Shown here piece by piece: positions 41,717 through 55,041 of a DNA stretch of 64,000 nucleotides. Each line of letters starts with the position of its first letter. The stretch's first letter is position 1. The notes under the pieces were generated by a model. It saw only the letters and a list, made by a program, of their open reading frames with translations. It was not told the DNA's origin and made no database searches. A program made the position numbers and the translations under genes. Source of the stretch: Chiloscyllium plagiosum (taxonomy: Eukaryota); NCBI RefSeq assembly GCF_004010195.1, contig NC_057718.1, forward strand, positions 26,825,631 through 26,889,630, given 5' to 3'.

Positions 41717-42869
41717 TCTGTGGAGATAAATCAAGGTTAATGTTTTGGATCAAGTGACCCTTCCTCAGAGCATATGGTTACTATTAGGGGTCCTGTTGAC
41801 CACTTCCACTGGTACCTTTTTCCTCTACTATTTCTTCTCTCCATCTAAATCAATTCTCCATCCTGATCACCTGAACCAAGATGCTTTCTAACTATTGCAC
41901 AAATGTCATTTTTGATTCCTTCCACCCCATGGATGCAATAGCTCAAGAAGGCAGCTGACCACAATCTTATGAAGGATAATACGATATGGACAATAAATTT
42001 TGGCCAACCCGCAATTCCAACAACCTATGTATAATTAAAAAAAAGGGTGGGTTCTTAGACTCTCTGCTGCTAGAGATGGTCATTACTTCGCACTTGTGTA
42101 CCATAAAAGTTACATGTTACTTTTCAATCTAAACCTAAACTATTCAAGGTCTTGCCTACAAGCAGGGAAAGACTGCTTCATTTTCTAAGGAATTGTAAAA
42201 GAAGCTGACACTATGCATACATCTCTATTTCTGACCTAGGGAAAGGTAAGTGATGAAGTAACTGCAGATGATTGGCTGTAACCAATTCCGGTAAACTTGT
42301 ACAGCTTAAATTATTGATTTTCAACAACCATGACCCTCTTACTTTGTCCTTGCATGACCGCAGTTGAGTTCCCTATCCAAATCTAATTCACTTAAATTAT
42401 ACAGTTTCTTGAGAAGTCGTTTGATTAAATGTCACCTCGATGTCCATGCCAATCACTCTCACCCGACTTGTGGAATTCCAGTGACTTAGTCCATGTTTGG
42501 ATGAAAGCTGTACTGAGGTTTGCAGCTCAGTAAACCGTAAGCTTATATGAGAAGGCCATGACCAGGTTTTCTTAACAACACTGTTTTTAACACTTGCTAA
42601 AATTTTGCTGATGGGACTGTGAATTACTGGATTGGATTTGTTCTGCTCTTTGCGGACAAAACACACTTGTCAGGTGTCAGTGTTGTAATTGTATTGGAAC
42701 AGCTTGTTACAGGACCTGCTGGTTCTAAAGAATATCTTCAGTACTGAAGCATGGACAGTGTCAAGACCTGTATCCAGTCTGTCCTGCAGTTTCATGCTGG
42801 TGCATGAAGTAAATCAAATTGGTTGATCACCTGTACTGTTAGGATCCACAGGATGAGTTCAAAACAGAA

Positions 42870-44085
42870 CATTGAGTTTTTTGAGGAAGTAACAAAGACG
42901 ATTAATGAGGGAAGAGCAGTAGATGTGATCTATATGGACTTCAGTAAGGCATTCGACAAGGTTCCCCATAGCAAGGTTAGATCTCATGGAATACAGGGAG
43001 AACTAGTCATTTGGATACAGAACTGGCTCAAAGACAGAGAGTGGTGGTGGAGGGTTGTTTTTCAGACTGGAGGCCTGTGATCAGTGGAGTGCCACAAGGA
43101 TGGGTGCTGGGTCCTCTACTTTTTGTCATTTACATAAATGATTTGGATGCTGCATAAGAGGTACAGTTAGTAAGTTTGCAGATGACACCAAAATTGGAGG
43201 TGTAGTGGACAGCGAAGAGGGTTACCTCAGATTACAACAGGATCTGGACCAGATGGGCCAATGGGCTGAAAAGTGGCAGAGGGAGTTTAATTCAGATAAA
43301 TGCGAGGTGCTGCATTTTGGGAAAGCAAATCTTAGCAGAACTTATACACTTAATGGTAAGGTCCTAGGGAGTGGTGCTGAACAAAGAGACCTTGAAGTGC
43401 AGGTTCATAGTTCCTTGAAAGTGAAGTCGCAGGTAGATAGGATAGTGAAGAAGGTGTTTGGTATGGTTTTCTTGGTCACAGCACTGAGTATAAGGAATTG
43501 GGAAGTCATGTTGTGGCTGTACAGGATATTGGTTAGGCCACTGTTGGAATATTGCACGCAATTCTGGTCTCCTTCCTGTCAGAAAGATGTGAAACTTGAA
43601 AGGGTTCAGAAAAGATTTACAAGGATGTTGCCAGGGTTGGAGGATTTGGAGCTATAGGGAGAGGTTGAACAGGCTGGGGCTGTTTTCCCTGGAGCATTGG
43701 AGGCTGAGGGGTGACCTTATAGAGGTTTACAAAATTATGAGATGCATGGATAGGATAAATAGACAAAGTCTTTTCCCTGGGGTGGAGGAGTCCAGAACTA
43801 GAGGGCATAGGTTTAGGGTGACAGGGGAAAGATATAAAAGAGACCTAAGGGGAAGCTTTTTCACACAGAGGGTGGTATGAGTATGGAATGAGCTGCTAGA
43901 GGAAGTTGTGGAGGCTGGTACAGTTGCAACATTTAACTGCCATTTGGATGGGTATATGAATAGGAAGGGTTTAGAGGGATATGGGCCAGGTGCTAGTAGG
44001 TGGGACTAGATTGGGTTGGGATATCTGGTCGGATGGACGGGTTGGACCGAAGGGTCTGTTTCCATGCTGTACATCTCTATGACTC
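42870..44085 (+). mobile_element. CR1 LINE, RT to 3' end
   Basis: ORFs 42823-43080, 43205-43657 and 43596-43880. Confidence 0.95.
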
Positions 44086-44448
44086 CTCACTTCTGGCTAG
44101 AAATAGTAGTCTTGATGTTTGTACTCACGAGTAAGACTCTACCATATTTGAGGATGGGAAATTCATGGAACCTCTTCCTCCCATTAACTTTTCAGTTCAA
44201 CATCACCATTCGTATCTGGAAGTGGTAAAACCGATCCATCTTAGCTGAACATCACTTAGCTTGGCCCATAGCATATTTTTTCCCCTATTTAGTGTGCATA
44301 TATCCCTGTGTAGTAGTCTCACTAAATTAACCTCTCATTTTAAAGTACACCAGTTGCTGTTCCTGGCAAGTTCTTCTACAATCCATATTGAACCATGAGG
44401 CTGAATTTAAGGCTATACACAAGGCAACTCTGGAGTCAAGAGGACTTA

Positions 44449-44648
44449 AAAATGTGTTGCTGGAAAAGCGCAGCAGGTCTGGCAGCATCAAAGGAGAAGG
44501 AGAATCAACGTTTCGGCATTCCTGAAGAAGGGCGTATGCCCAAAACGTCGATTCTCCTTCTCCTTTGATGCTGCCTGACCTGCTGCGCTTTTCCAGCAAC
44601 AAAATTTTAAGCTCTGATCCCCAGCATCTGCAGTCCTCACTTTCTCCT
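44449..44648 (+). mobile_element. Short fold-back PLE-derived element; 15-bp TSD; hammerhead core with G12>A
   Basis: TSD agtcaagaggactta at 44434-44448 and 44649-44663; CTGAAGA-a-GGGC-gtat-GCCC-AAAACGTC flanked by inverted arms. Confidence 0.9.
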
Positions 44649-45419
44649 AGTCAAGAGGACTTAGTCAGCCTTCAGGCTCACCACCACTTTTTCAAGGAAA
44701 TAAGGGGTTGGGCAATAAGTGCTGCCAGTGGTACTCACATCCCATGAAAAATTAAAGAAAAGGTACAATGCGGAGCACTCTGCTCACCTCTGCCCCAATT
44801 AAGTCCAAACTGCTCCTGCCCTGCAACTAAAAAGGTTATCAAATGGCCAATTAATCACACTGATATTCAGCAGGTTAGTGATTTGCCATTGAAAAATAAT
44901 TCAGTTTGCTAAACAAGCTTCCGATGGGAGTCTCTCGTTCAAATGCAGTTATTGCCTGATTAAGCAGCCCTGAATCAGGAAGGGTGAGGATGGCCCATTG
45001 ACAGCAACCCTCCTGTTCTTGATGCTAACCTTCTTGATCCCTATCCCGTGAATCCAGTCCACCCTCGGTCATCCATGGCCCAGGTCCTTAGGTAGTCCTG
45101 GACCTCTGCCCGGGTGTGCGCTGATGGTTGTCATTGCTCCTGATAGGCATATATTGCAGCAAGCCTTCCAAAAAAGAGGCAATGAAAGGCATTTTCCAAC
45201 AGTTCTCCAGTTGATAGGCTAGAGCGCCATCACCTGCAGTAAATACTGCCCATGGCTTTTTTATATAATTGAGCAAAAGATATGCCAGGTTAGAAAACCT
45301 ACCGGTCTGGCGGAATATAATCCAGTTGATGTATTACAGAACCTTTTGGATATCTAGTTTTGATTCTAGATCTGTTATGAATCTATTCCATTTAGCATGG
45401 AGGCACTGATAAACTTCAG

Positions 45420-46245
45420 GTGTCGCATTTTGGAAAGGCAAATCAGGGCAGGACTTATACACTTCATGATAAAGGTCCTGGGGAGTGCTGCTGAACAAAG
45501 AAACCTTGGAGTGCTGGTTCATAGTTCCCTGAAAGTGGAGTTGCAGGTAGATAGGATAGTGAAGAAGGTGTTTGGTATGGTTTTCTAGGTCACGGCACTG
45601 AGTATAAGGAATTGGGAAGTCATGTTGTGGCTGGACAGGACATTGGTTAGGCCACTTTTGGAATACTGTGTGCAATTCTGGTCTTCTTCCTATAGGAAGG
45701 ATGTTGTGAAACTTGAAAAAGTTCAAGAAAAGGTTTGCAAGAATGTTGCCATGGTTGGAGGATCTGAACGATAAGGAGAGGCTGAATAGGCTGGGGCTGT
45801 TTTCCTTGGAGTGTTGGAACTTGAGGGGTTTCATAGAAAATAGTTTAGCAGAATCCCTACAGTGTGGAAGCAGGTAGGGAGGTAGACTCCCTCATTCCTG
45901 TTAAGCATTGTGACAAGAATGATAGCAAGAAACATTCTGGTGATAGAATTGCAGGTGGTGAACACAAAAGAAAGGCAATAACACTAGAGGCTAGATATTA
46001 TAAAGCATTTTGAGCTTAAGGATAAGAACTTATAGGGGATTATAAAATTTGAGGGGCATGGATAGTGTAAATAGATAAGGGGCAACATTTTCACACAGTG
46101 TGGTGCATGTATGGAATGAGCTGCCAGAGGAAGTGGTGGAGGCTGGTACAATTACAACATTTAAAGGAATCTGGATGGGCACATGAATCAGAAGGGTTTA
46201 GAGCAATATGGGACAAGTGCTGACGAATGGGATTAGATTAGAATT
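45420..46245 (+). mobile_element. CR1 fragments interleaved with a Tigger fragment (about 45880-46030)
   Basis: CR1 RT 3' motifs. 45905-46030 is homologous to 55429-55555, and 45881-45905 is an inverted piece of the same Tigger. Confidence 0.8.
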
Positions 46246-46905
46246 GTAGAGTCATAGAGCTGTACAGCAGGGAAACAGACCCTTCGTTCCAACTCTTCCA
46301 TGCCAACCAGAAATCCTAATCTAATCTAGCCCCACTTGCCATCACACAGCCCATATCCCTCCAACCCCTTCCTATTCATATACCGATCCAGATGCCTTTT
46401 AAATATTGCAATTGTACCAGCCTCCACCACTTCCTCTGGCAGCTCATTCCTTACATGCACCACCCTCTGCATGAAAACGTTGCCCCTTGGGTCTTTTTTA
46501 TACCTTTCCCCTCTCACCCTACACCCATGCTTTCCAGTTCTGGACTCCCCCACTCCAGGGAAAAGACTTTGGCTATTTATCCAATCCACGCCCTTCATGA
46601 TTTCATAAACCTCTATAAGGTCACCCCGAGCCTCCAACCCTTGAGGGAAAACAGCCCCAGCCTAATCAAGCCCTCCCTATAGCTCAAATTCTCCAACCTG
46701 GGCAACTTCCTTGTAAATCTTTTCTGAACACTTTCAAGTTTCACAACAACTTTCTGATAAGAAGGAGACCAGAATTGCACGCAATATTCCAAAAGTGGCC
46801 TAACCAACATCCTATACAGCCGCAACATGACCTCCCAACTCCTGTACTCAATACTCTGACCAATTAAGGAAAGCATACCAAACCTTCCCCTCTCTGAGGC
46901 TGAGT

Positions 46906-48669
46906 GTGCTGTTCTCATCAAAGGAATCAGCTTTGTACCCTTACGTCCCCACTTCAATGAATTCCGGGCTCAACATGATGCTGAGCTCTTCTTCCTTCGC
47001 CTTTGCGCTCACTTCTTTGGGCAAGAGTCCTCCCCCCGCTCCACATGTCCTTTCACATCCCTCCAACAAACATTCCACCTCTAATTGGACACCCCCATCA
47101 GGACAATTTCCTACCCTCGATCTTTTCATTGACAATTGTCGATGGAACATTGGCAACCTTAATTTCTCTGCCCCTCTTACCCATTCCAACCTCTCTCCAT
47201 CCGAACTTTCTGCCCTTCGCTCCCTTAGGTCCAACCCCAACCTTGTCATCAAACCTGCTGACAAAGGGGGTGCTGTTGTTGTCTGGCATACTGACCTCTA
47301 CCTCGCAGAGGCTGAGCGCCAACTCTCAGATTCCTCCTCCTACCTCCCCCTGGAACATAACCACACCACTGAGCATCAAGCCATTGTCTCCAACACCGTG
47401 ACTGACCTCATTTCCTCCGGATGTTTCCCCCCCTCAGCTTCCATAGTCTCCCAACCCCGGATAGCCCATTTCTACCTACTCCCCAAAATCCACAAGAAGG
47501 ACTGTCCCGGTAGGCCCACTGTGTCAGCATGCTCCTGCCCCACTGAACTTATTTCCTCCTACCTTGACTCCACTCTTACTCCTCTGGTTCACTCCCTCCC
47601 CACCTACATCCGGGATTCCTCTGATGCCCTGCGACACATTGACAGCTTTCAATTCGCAGGCCCTAACCACCTTCTATTCACCATGGATGTGCAATCTCTT
47701 TACACCTCCATCCTACACCAAGACGGCTTGAAAGCTCTTCGCTTCTTTCTCGAAAAGAGGCCTGAACAATCTCCATCCACCACAACTCTCCTCCGCCTGG
47801 CTGAACTTGTTCTCTCTCTCAACAACTTCTCCTTCAACTCATCCAATTTTCTCCAAATCAAAGGTGTAGCAATGGGTACCCGCATGGGTCCTAGCTATGC
47901 CTGCCTTTTCATGGGGTATGTGGAACATTTCTTGTTCCAGGCCTACCCGGGTTCCCTCCCACAACTGCTTTATCGGTACATCGATGACAATTTCAGTGCG
48001 GCTTCATGCTCTTGTCCTGACCTGGAAAAATTCATAAACTTTGCTTCCAGTTTCCATCCCTCCATCACCTTCACCTGGTCTATCTCCGACACTTGCCTTC
48101 CTTTCCTTGACCTTTCTGTCTCCATTTCCAGCAATAGTCTATCCACTAATATCCATTACAAGCCGACTGACTCCCACAGCTATCTGGACTACAGCTCTTC
48201 TCACCCTACGTCCTGTAAGGACTCTATCCCTTTCTCTCAGCTCCTTTGCCTCCGCCACATTTGTCCCGATGAGGCCACTTTCCAAAGTGGTGCTCTTAAT
48301 ATGTGCTCCTTCTTCTCCAACAGTGGCTTCCCACCTACAGTTGTTGACAGGGCTCTTGACAGCATGCGGTCCATCTCCCGCGCCACGACCCTCACGCTCT
48401 CCCTCCCCTCCCAGATCAAGGATAGGGTCCCTCTTGTTCTCACCTTTCACCCCACCAGCCTTCACATGCAAAGAATAATCCTCCGCCATTTTCGTCAACT
48501 CGAACACGACACCACCAGTAAACACATCTTCCCTTCCCTCCCCCTGTCTGCATTCCACAGAGATCGTTCCCTCCAAGACAACCTAGTGCACTCCTCCATC
48601 ACACCTAACACCTCTCCCATCACACACGGCACTTTCCCATCACACATGGCACCTTCCCATCACACCTAA
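46906..48669 (+). pseudogene. PLE reverse transcriptase ORF (587 aa); endonuclease out of frame
   Basis: IKPADKGGAVV, FYLLPKIHK, MDVQSLYTSI, GVAMGTRMGPSYA and YRYIDD. A 61-nt slippage duplication at about 48641-48701 shifts the frame before GIY-YIG. Confidence 0.93.
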
Positions 48670-50810
48670 CACCTCTCCCATCACACACAGCACCTTCCCA
48701 TGCAATCGCAGAAGGTGCAACACCTGCTCCTTTACCTCTTCCATTCTCACCATCCAAGGCTCCAAACACTCATTTCAGATTTAGCAGCGTTTCACTTTCA
48801 GTTTAGGCTATTGTATTTGTTGCTCTCAATGTGGTCTCCTCTATATCGGAGAGACAAAACGCCGACTGGGTGATCGCTTTGCTGAGCACCTTCGGTCCCG
48901 GACCTTCCCGTGGCTTGCCACTTCAACACACAATCCTGCTCCCATGCCCACATGTCTGTCCTTGGCCTGCTGCAATGTTCCATTGAAGCTCAACACAAAC
49001 TAGAGGGACAGCATCTCATCTTCCGACTAGGCCCGTTACAGCCTGCCGGTCTCAACATTGAATTCAACAACTTCAGATGATTATTCCATCTCGACCCCTC
49101 TGTTTTCATTCTGCTCCATAATTTTATTTCAATTATTTTATTTATCTTTTTAAAATATTTTTTTCACTGTTCTGTACCTCTTATTTCTTGATTGTCTCTC
49201 TTTCTCTCGCTCCCCCCTCGCTAAATCAAAGGTGTAGCAATGGGTACCCGCATGGGTCCTAGCTATGCCTGCCTTTTCATGGGGTATGTGGAACATTTCT
49301 TGTTCCAGGCCTACCCGGGTTCCCTCCCACAACTGCTTTATCGGTACATCGATGACAATTTCAGTGCGGCTTCATGCTCTTGTCCTGACCTGGAAAAATT
49401 CATAAACTTTGCTTCCAGTTTCCATCCCTCCATCACCTTCACCTGGTCTATCTCCGACACTTGCCTTCCTTTCCTTGACCTTTCTGTCTCCATTTCCAGC
49501 AATAGTCTATCCACTAATATTCATTACAAGCCGACTGACTCCCACAGCTATCTGGACTACAGCTCTTCTCACCCTATGTCCTGTAAGGACTCTATCCCTT
49601 TCTCTCAGCTCCCTCGCCTCCACCGCATTTGTTCCGATGAGGTACTTTCCAAAGTGGTGCTCTTAATATGTGCTCCTTCTTCCCCAACCGTGGCTTCCCA
49701 CCTACAGTTGTTGACAGGGCTCTCAACAGCATGCAGTCCATCTCCCGCGCCACTACTCTCACCCCCTCCCTCCCCTCCCAGAACAAGGATAGGGTCCCTC
49801 TTGTTCTCACCTTTCACCCCACCAGACTTCATACGCAAAGAATAATCCTCCATCATTTTCGCCAACTCCAACACGACACTAACACTAAACACATCTTCCC
49901 TTCCTCCCCCTATCTACATTCCACAGAGGTCATTCCCTCCGGGACAACCTAGTCCACTCCTCCATCACACCTAACACCTCTCCCATCACACACGGCACCT
50001 TCCCATGCAATCGCAGAGGTTCAACACCTGCCCCTTTACCTCTTCCATGCTCACCATCCAAGGCCCCAAACACTCATTTCAGATTAAGCAGTGTTTCACT
50101 TGTTTGAGAGCATTTCACTCTCAAGTTCACTCTTTCAATTTGGTCTATTGCATTCATTGCTCCCAATATGGTCTCCTCTATATCGGAGAGAAAAAATGCC
50201 AACTGGGTGATCGCTTTGCTGAGCATCTTCGGTCTGTACACAATCAGGTCTTGGACCTTCCCGTGGCTTGCCACTTTAACACACAATCCTGCTCCCATGG
50301 CTGTCCTTGGCCTACTGCAATGTTCCAGTGAAGCTCAACGCAAACTGGAGGAACAGCATCTCATCTTCCGACTATGCACGTTACAGCCTGCCGGTCTCAA
50401 CACTGAATTCAACAACTTCAGATGATTATCCCATCCTGACCCCTCTGTTTTCATTCTGCTCCGTAATTTTATTTTTTTAAAATATATTTCTTTCACGTTC
50501 TGTACCTCTTATTTCTTGATTGTCTCTCTTTCTCTCGCTCCCCACTCTCTCATCATCTTTTTCCTCTCCTCTTCCCCCTTTGCTACCCTTCGCCCCTGTT
50601 TTCCATTTTGCCTTTGCTTCACCCATCCCCCCCAGCCCCCCCATATTTTGTCACATAGCACTGGCTTCAGTCTTGGTCATTCATAGCTCCTAATCTCCCT
50701 ATAATCTCTCTATGCACTGTCATTATCACCTCTTTATTGCTACCATGCTTCTGGAGCCATGACTCACCTTCTCTCAGCCTAGTATAAATACCTCCCTATT
50801 TCTTTTTTCT

Positions 50811-50849
50811 AGCTTTGACAAAGGGTCACTTAGACTCGAAACATCAGCT
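50811..50849 (+). ncRNA. Degenerate or atypical hammerhead motif in the 3' pLTR of the large PLE
   Basis: agct-TTGACAA-agggtc-actta-gactc-GAAACATC-agct: hammerhead topology with several core substitutions. Confidence 0.5.
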
Positions 50850-53800
50850 CTTTTCTCTCCTTACAGATGCTGTAAGACTTGCTGAGATTTTCCAGATTTT
50901 CTCTTTTTTGATACCAAACACCTTCTTCACTATCCTATCTATCTGCAACGTTACTTTCAAGGAGCTATGAATCTCCACTCCAAGGTCTCTTTGTTCAGCA
51001 ACACTCCCCAGGACCTTACCATTAAGTGTATAAATCCTGCTAAGATTTGCTTTCCCATGGGGAATCTTGTCGAATGCCTTGCTGAAGTCCATATAGATCA
51101 CATCTACCGCTCTGCCCTCATCAATCCCCTTTGTTACTTCTTCAAAAAACTCAATCAAGTTTGTGAGACATGATTTCCCACGCACAAAGCCATGTTAACT
51201 ATGCCTAATCAGTCCTTGCCTTTTCAAATACATGTACACCCTGTCCCTCAGGATTCCCTCCAACAACTTGCCCACCACCGATGTCAGGCTCACCAATCTA
51301 TAGTTTCCTGGCTTGTCCTTACCACCTTTCTGAAACAGTGGTCCCACGTTAGCCAACCTCCAGTTTTCCGGCACCTCACCTGTGACTTATCGATGATACA
51401 AATATCTCAGCAAGGGGCCCAGCAATCACTTCCCTAGCTTCCCACAGAGTTCTAGGGAACACCTGATCAGGTCCTGGGGATTTATCTACCTTTATGCATT
51501 TCAAGACATCCAGCACTTTCTCCTCTGTAATATGGACATTTTTCAACATGTCACCATCTATTTTCCTACATTCTATATCTTCCATATCCTTCTCCACAAT
51601 AAACACTGATGTAAAATACTTGTTTAGTATCTCCCCATCTCCTGCGGCTCCATACAAAGGCCGCCTTGCTAATCTTTGAGGGATCCTAGTTACCCTTTTG
51701 TCCTTAATGTATTTGTAAAAACCCTTTGGATTCTCCTTATCTCTATTTGCCAAAGCTATCTCGTGCCCCCTTTTTTGTGCTCTTGATTTCCCTGTTAAGT
51801 ATACTCCTATTGCCTTTATACTCTAAGGATTCACTTGACCTGTCCTGTCGGTACCTGACATATGCTTCCTTCCTTTTTTAACCAAATCCTCAATTTCTCT
51901 AGTCAACCAGCATTCCCTACATCTACCAGCCTTTCCTTTCACCCTAACAGGAATATAATGTCTCTGGACTCTCATTATCTCATTTCTGAACGCTTCCCAT
52001 TTTCCAGCTGTCCCTTTACCTGTGAACATCAGTTTTTGAAAGTTCTTGCCTAATACCATCAAAATTAACCTTCCTTCCATTTAGAACTTCAACTTTTAGA
52101 TCTGGTCTATCCTTTTCCATCACTATTTTAAATCTAATAGAATTATGGTCGCTGGCCCCAAAGTGCTCCCCCACTGACGCCTCAGTCGCCTGCTTTGCCT
52201 TATTTCCCAAGAGAGGTCAAGTTTTGCACCTTCTCTAGTAGATACATCCACATACTGAATCAGAAAATTGTCTTGTACACACTTAACAAATTCCTCTCCA
52301 TCTAAACACTTAACACTATGTCAGTTCCAATCTATGTTTGAAAAATTAAAATCCCCTACCATAACCATCATGTTATTCTTGCAGATAAATCTTCTTACAA
52401 GTTTGTTTCTCAATTTCCCACTGACTATTTGGGAGTTTATAATACAATCCCAATAAGGTGATCATCTCTTTCTTATTTCTCAGTTCCACCTAAGTAACCT
52501 CCCTGGTTGTATTTCCTGGAATATCCTCCCTAAGTACAGCTGTAACGCTATTCTTTATCAAAAACGCCACTCCCTCTCCTCTCTTGCCTCTCATTCTATC
52601 CTTCCTGTACCATTTGTATCCTGGAACATTAAGCTGCCAGTCCTGTCCATCCCTGAGCCACATTTCTGTTGTTGGTATGATATCCCAGTCCCATGTTCCT
52701 AACCATGCCATGAGTTCATCTGCCTTCACTGTTAGGCCTCTTGCTTTGAAATAAATGCAGTTTAATTTATCAGCCCTACCTTGTTCTCTGCTTTGTCCCT
52801 GCCTGCTCTGACTGTTTGATTCCCTTCTTCTCTCAACTGTACCAGGCTCAGATTGATCTCTTTCCTCACTATCTCCCTAGGTCCCCCAGTTGCCCACCCC
52901 CCATTCCCCACCACACCATCCCCCCACACACATTTTACTAGGTTAAATCCTCCCAAGCAGCTCTATCAATTCTTCTTGCCAGTACATTAGTCCCCTTCCC
53001 ATTCAGATACAATCCATCCATCTTATTCAGGTCACTTCTACTCTAGAAGAGATTTCAATAATCCAACAATGTGAACACTTCTCCCATACACCAGCTCCTC
53101 AGTTACACATTCATCTGCTCTATCCTCCTATTCTTACCCTCACCAGCTCATAGAATCGGGAATAATCCAGATATTACTACCCTCGAGGACCTTTTAAATT
53201 CCTGCCTAACTTTCTATATTCTCCCTTCAGAATCTCATCCTATTCTCTTCCCATGTTATTGCTTTCAATGTGTACAATAACCTCCTGCTGATTTCTCTCC
53301 CCCTTGAGAACAGTCTGCACCCTCTCTGAGATATCCTTGATCCTGACACCAGGGAGGCAACACACAATTCTGATTTTTCAATGCTGGCTACTGAAACTTC
53401 TATCTGTGCCTCTGACTAGGCAGTACCCCAACACAATCAATCGCTTGGAACCCGACGTAGCCCTCATTACATTAGAGGCTGTTCTGATACCAGAAACTTG
53501 GCTGCTCGTGCTACATTTCCCTGAAAATCCATCAGCCCTACATTTTCCAAAGCAGCACACTTGATTGAAATGGGGATAGCCACAGAAAACTCTGCATTAC
53601 CTGCCTACCTCTCTTACCTTTCCTGGAGTTAACCCATCGATATGACTGTATCTGCGGCTTTTCTCCCTCCTATAACTGCCTTCCATCACACCCCCTTGCT
53701 CTTGTGAAGTCCTCATTGCCTCGAACTGTTGCTCCAACTGATCCACTTGATTTGATAGGATTCGTGACCAACAGCATTTAATGCAGATATAAGCTTCCGT

Positions 53801-55041
53801 AACACGTAAACTCTCCCTAAACTTCCACATCCTACAAGAAGACCATATCTCTCTACTAAAGGCCATTTTTGCTACTTCCAATCTACATATCAAAAAATTA
53901 CACTGTCTTATTTCTCTACAAAACACTGCTCCAGGCCAACTTAATACTTAAGTGACATATCTCAATATAACATATAATGAAGAAAGAACCCACTCTATTC
54001 ACTATTGTACATTTACAGCAAGGCTATCCACTTAAAACTATCCATTTATCTGTTTCTGTGCTGTGACCTCTCCCAAAGAGGTTCCTCCAAGATTAGTTGT
54101 GAATTTCGCTGTTTGTTAAGTTTTCCTTGATGCACTCCGATGTCCAGCAATACATGAATTCAGACAGCAAAGGCAGTAACTGCGCAGGTTCACTGCTGTG
54201 TCAGTTAGCAATGTGGGTTTCTTTCTCTCTCTCTCTCCTGCACTGACCATGTGCTGCCAATTGTCTATCCTTCTCTCTTTTAAAAGTGCCGTTGTTTTGA
54301 CTTTTTTTTCTCCGAAGTTCCAAAACAATGCAACAGCATATAAAACAATAATTGCTGCTCCTGAAATTCAAGGAAATCACCTTCAACACCTAAAATACCT
54401 CAAAAAAGAGCAGCCTGTCACAGCCAGAAACCTTTCCCCATACAGCCAGAAATTTTTTTAATTTAGGATATCTAGTTGGCATGGATAAGTTGGACCAAAG
54501 GGTCTGTTTCTGTGCTGTACATTTCTATGACTCTATGTTCTCTCTTGTTACATCGTCACCAGCTACACATCCAACCAGGGAGCTAAGCCCTTTAAGACAC
54601 AACTAGATGAGTCAGTAGCAATGTAAACGACATTGATGCTCACCCATCTAGAGTATATTCTGTGCCTTGCTACCTTGAATGTTTCATCCAAGCACAACAC
54701 ATCCTACTTGTAGAACAAGACACACCCTGAAATGGTGATGGAGAGGTCCAGCATTGACTGAAAGATATGATTCTAATTATTACTACATTCAGGCTGTTTC
54801 TTGACCAATCTGTGGCACAATTTTCAAAATTTTAGCACAGATTATTCGACTTTTGTAGGGTTGACTGAGCTGGGGGTGTTAAGGCCAATAAGACAGTAAG
54901 AGTTGACTGCATGTGCAGTGTTAGTTCCGTTTTCTTATATTTCTTTCATTTTATATTTCTTGTACTTTTTTGTACTGGTGTTAATACAACAGAAAGGCTC
55001 CCTCAGACAATTCAACAGGCAGTTGAGAGTCAAATACATTA

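Larger units (their letters stand above)
46884..50910 (+). mobile_element. Penelope-like element (Neptune-type): two partial tandem copies plus 3' pLTR; 9-bp TSD
   Basis: TSD ataccaaac at 46875-46883 and 50911-50919. RT plus Cys motif (CNRRRCNTC) and GIY-YIG (LVYCIHCSQYGLLYIGE...RFAEH...PAGLN). Confidence 0.95.
46247..54450 (-). mobile_element. Near full-length CR1 LINE interrupted by a 4-kb PLE; internal deletion near 51056
   Basis: 3' part 46247-46883 and remainder 50911-54450. ORF 50844-51185 joins FDKIPHG to KANLSR, showing the deletion. Confidence 0.95.
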
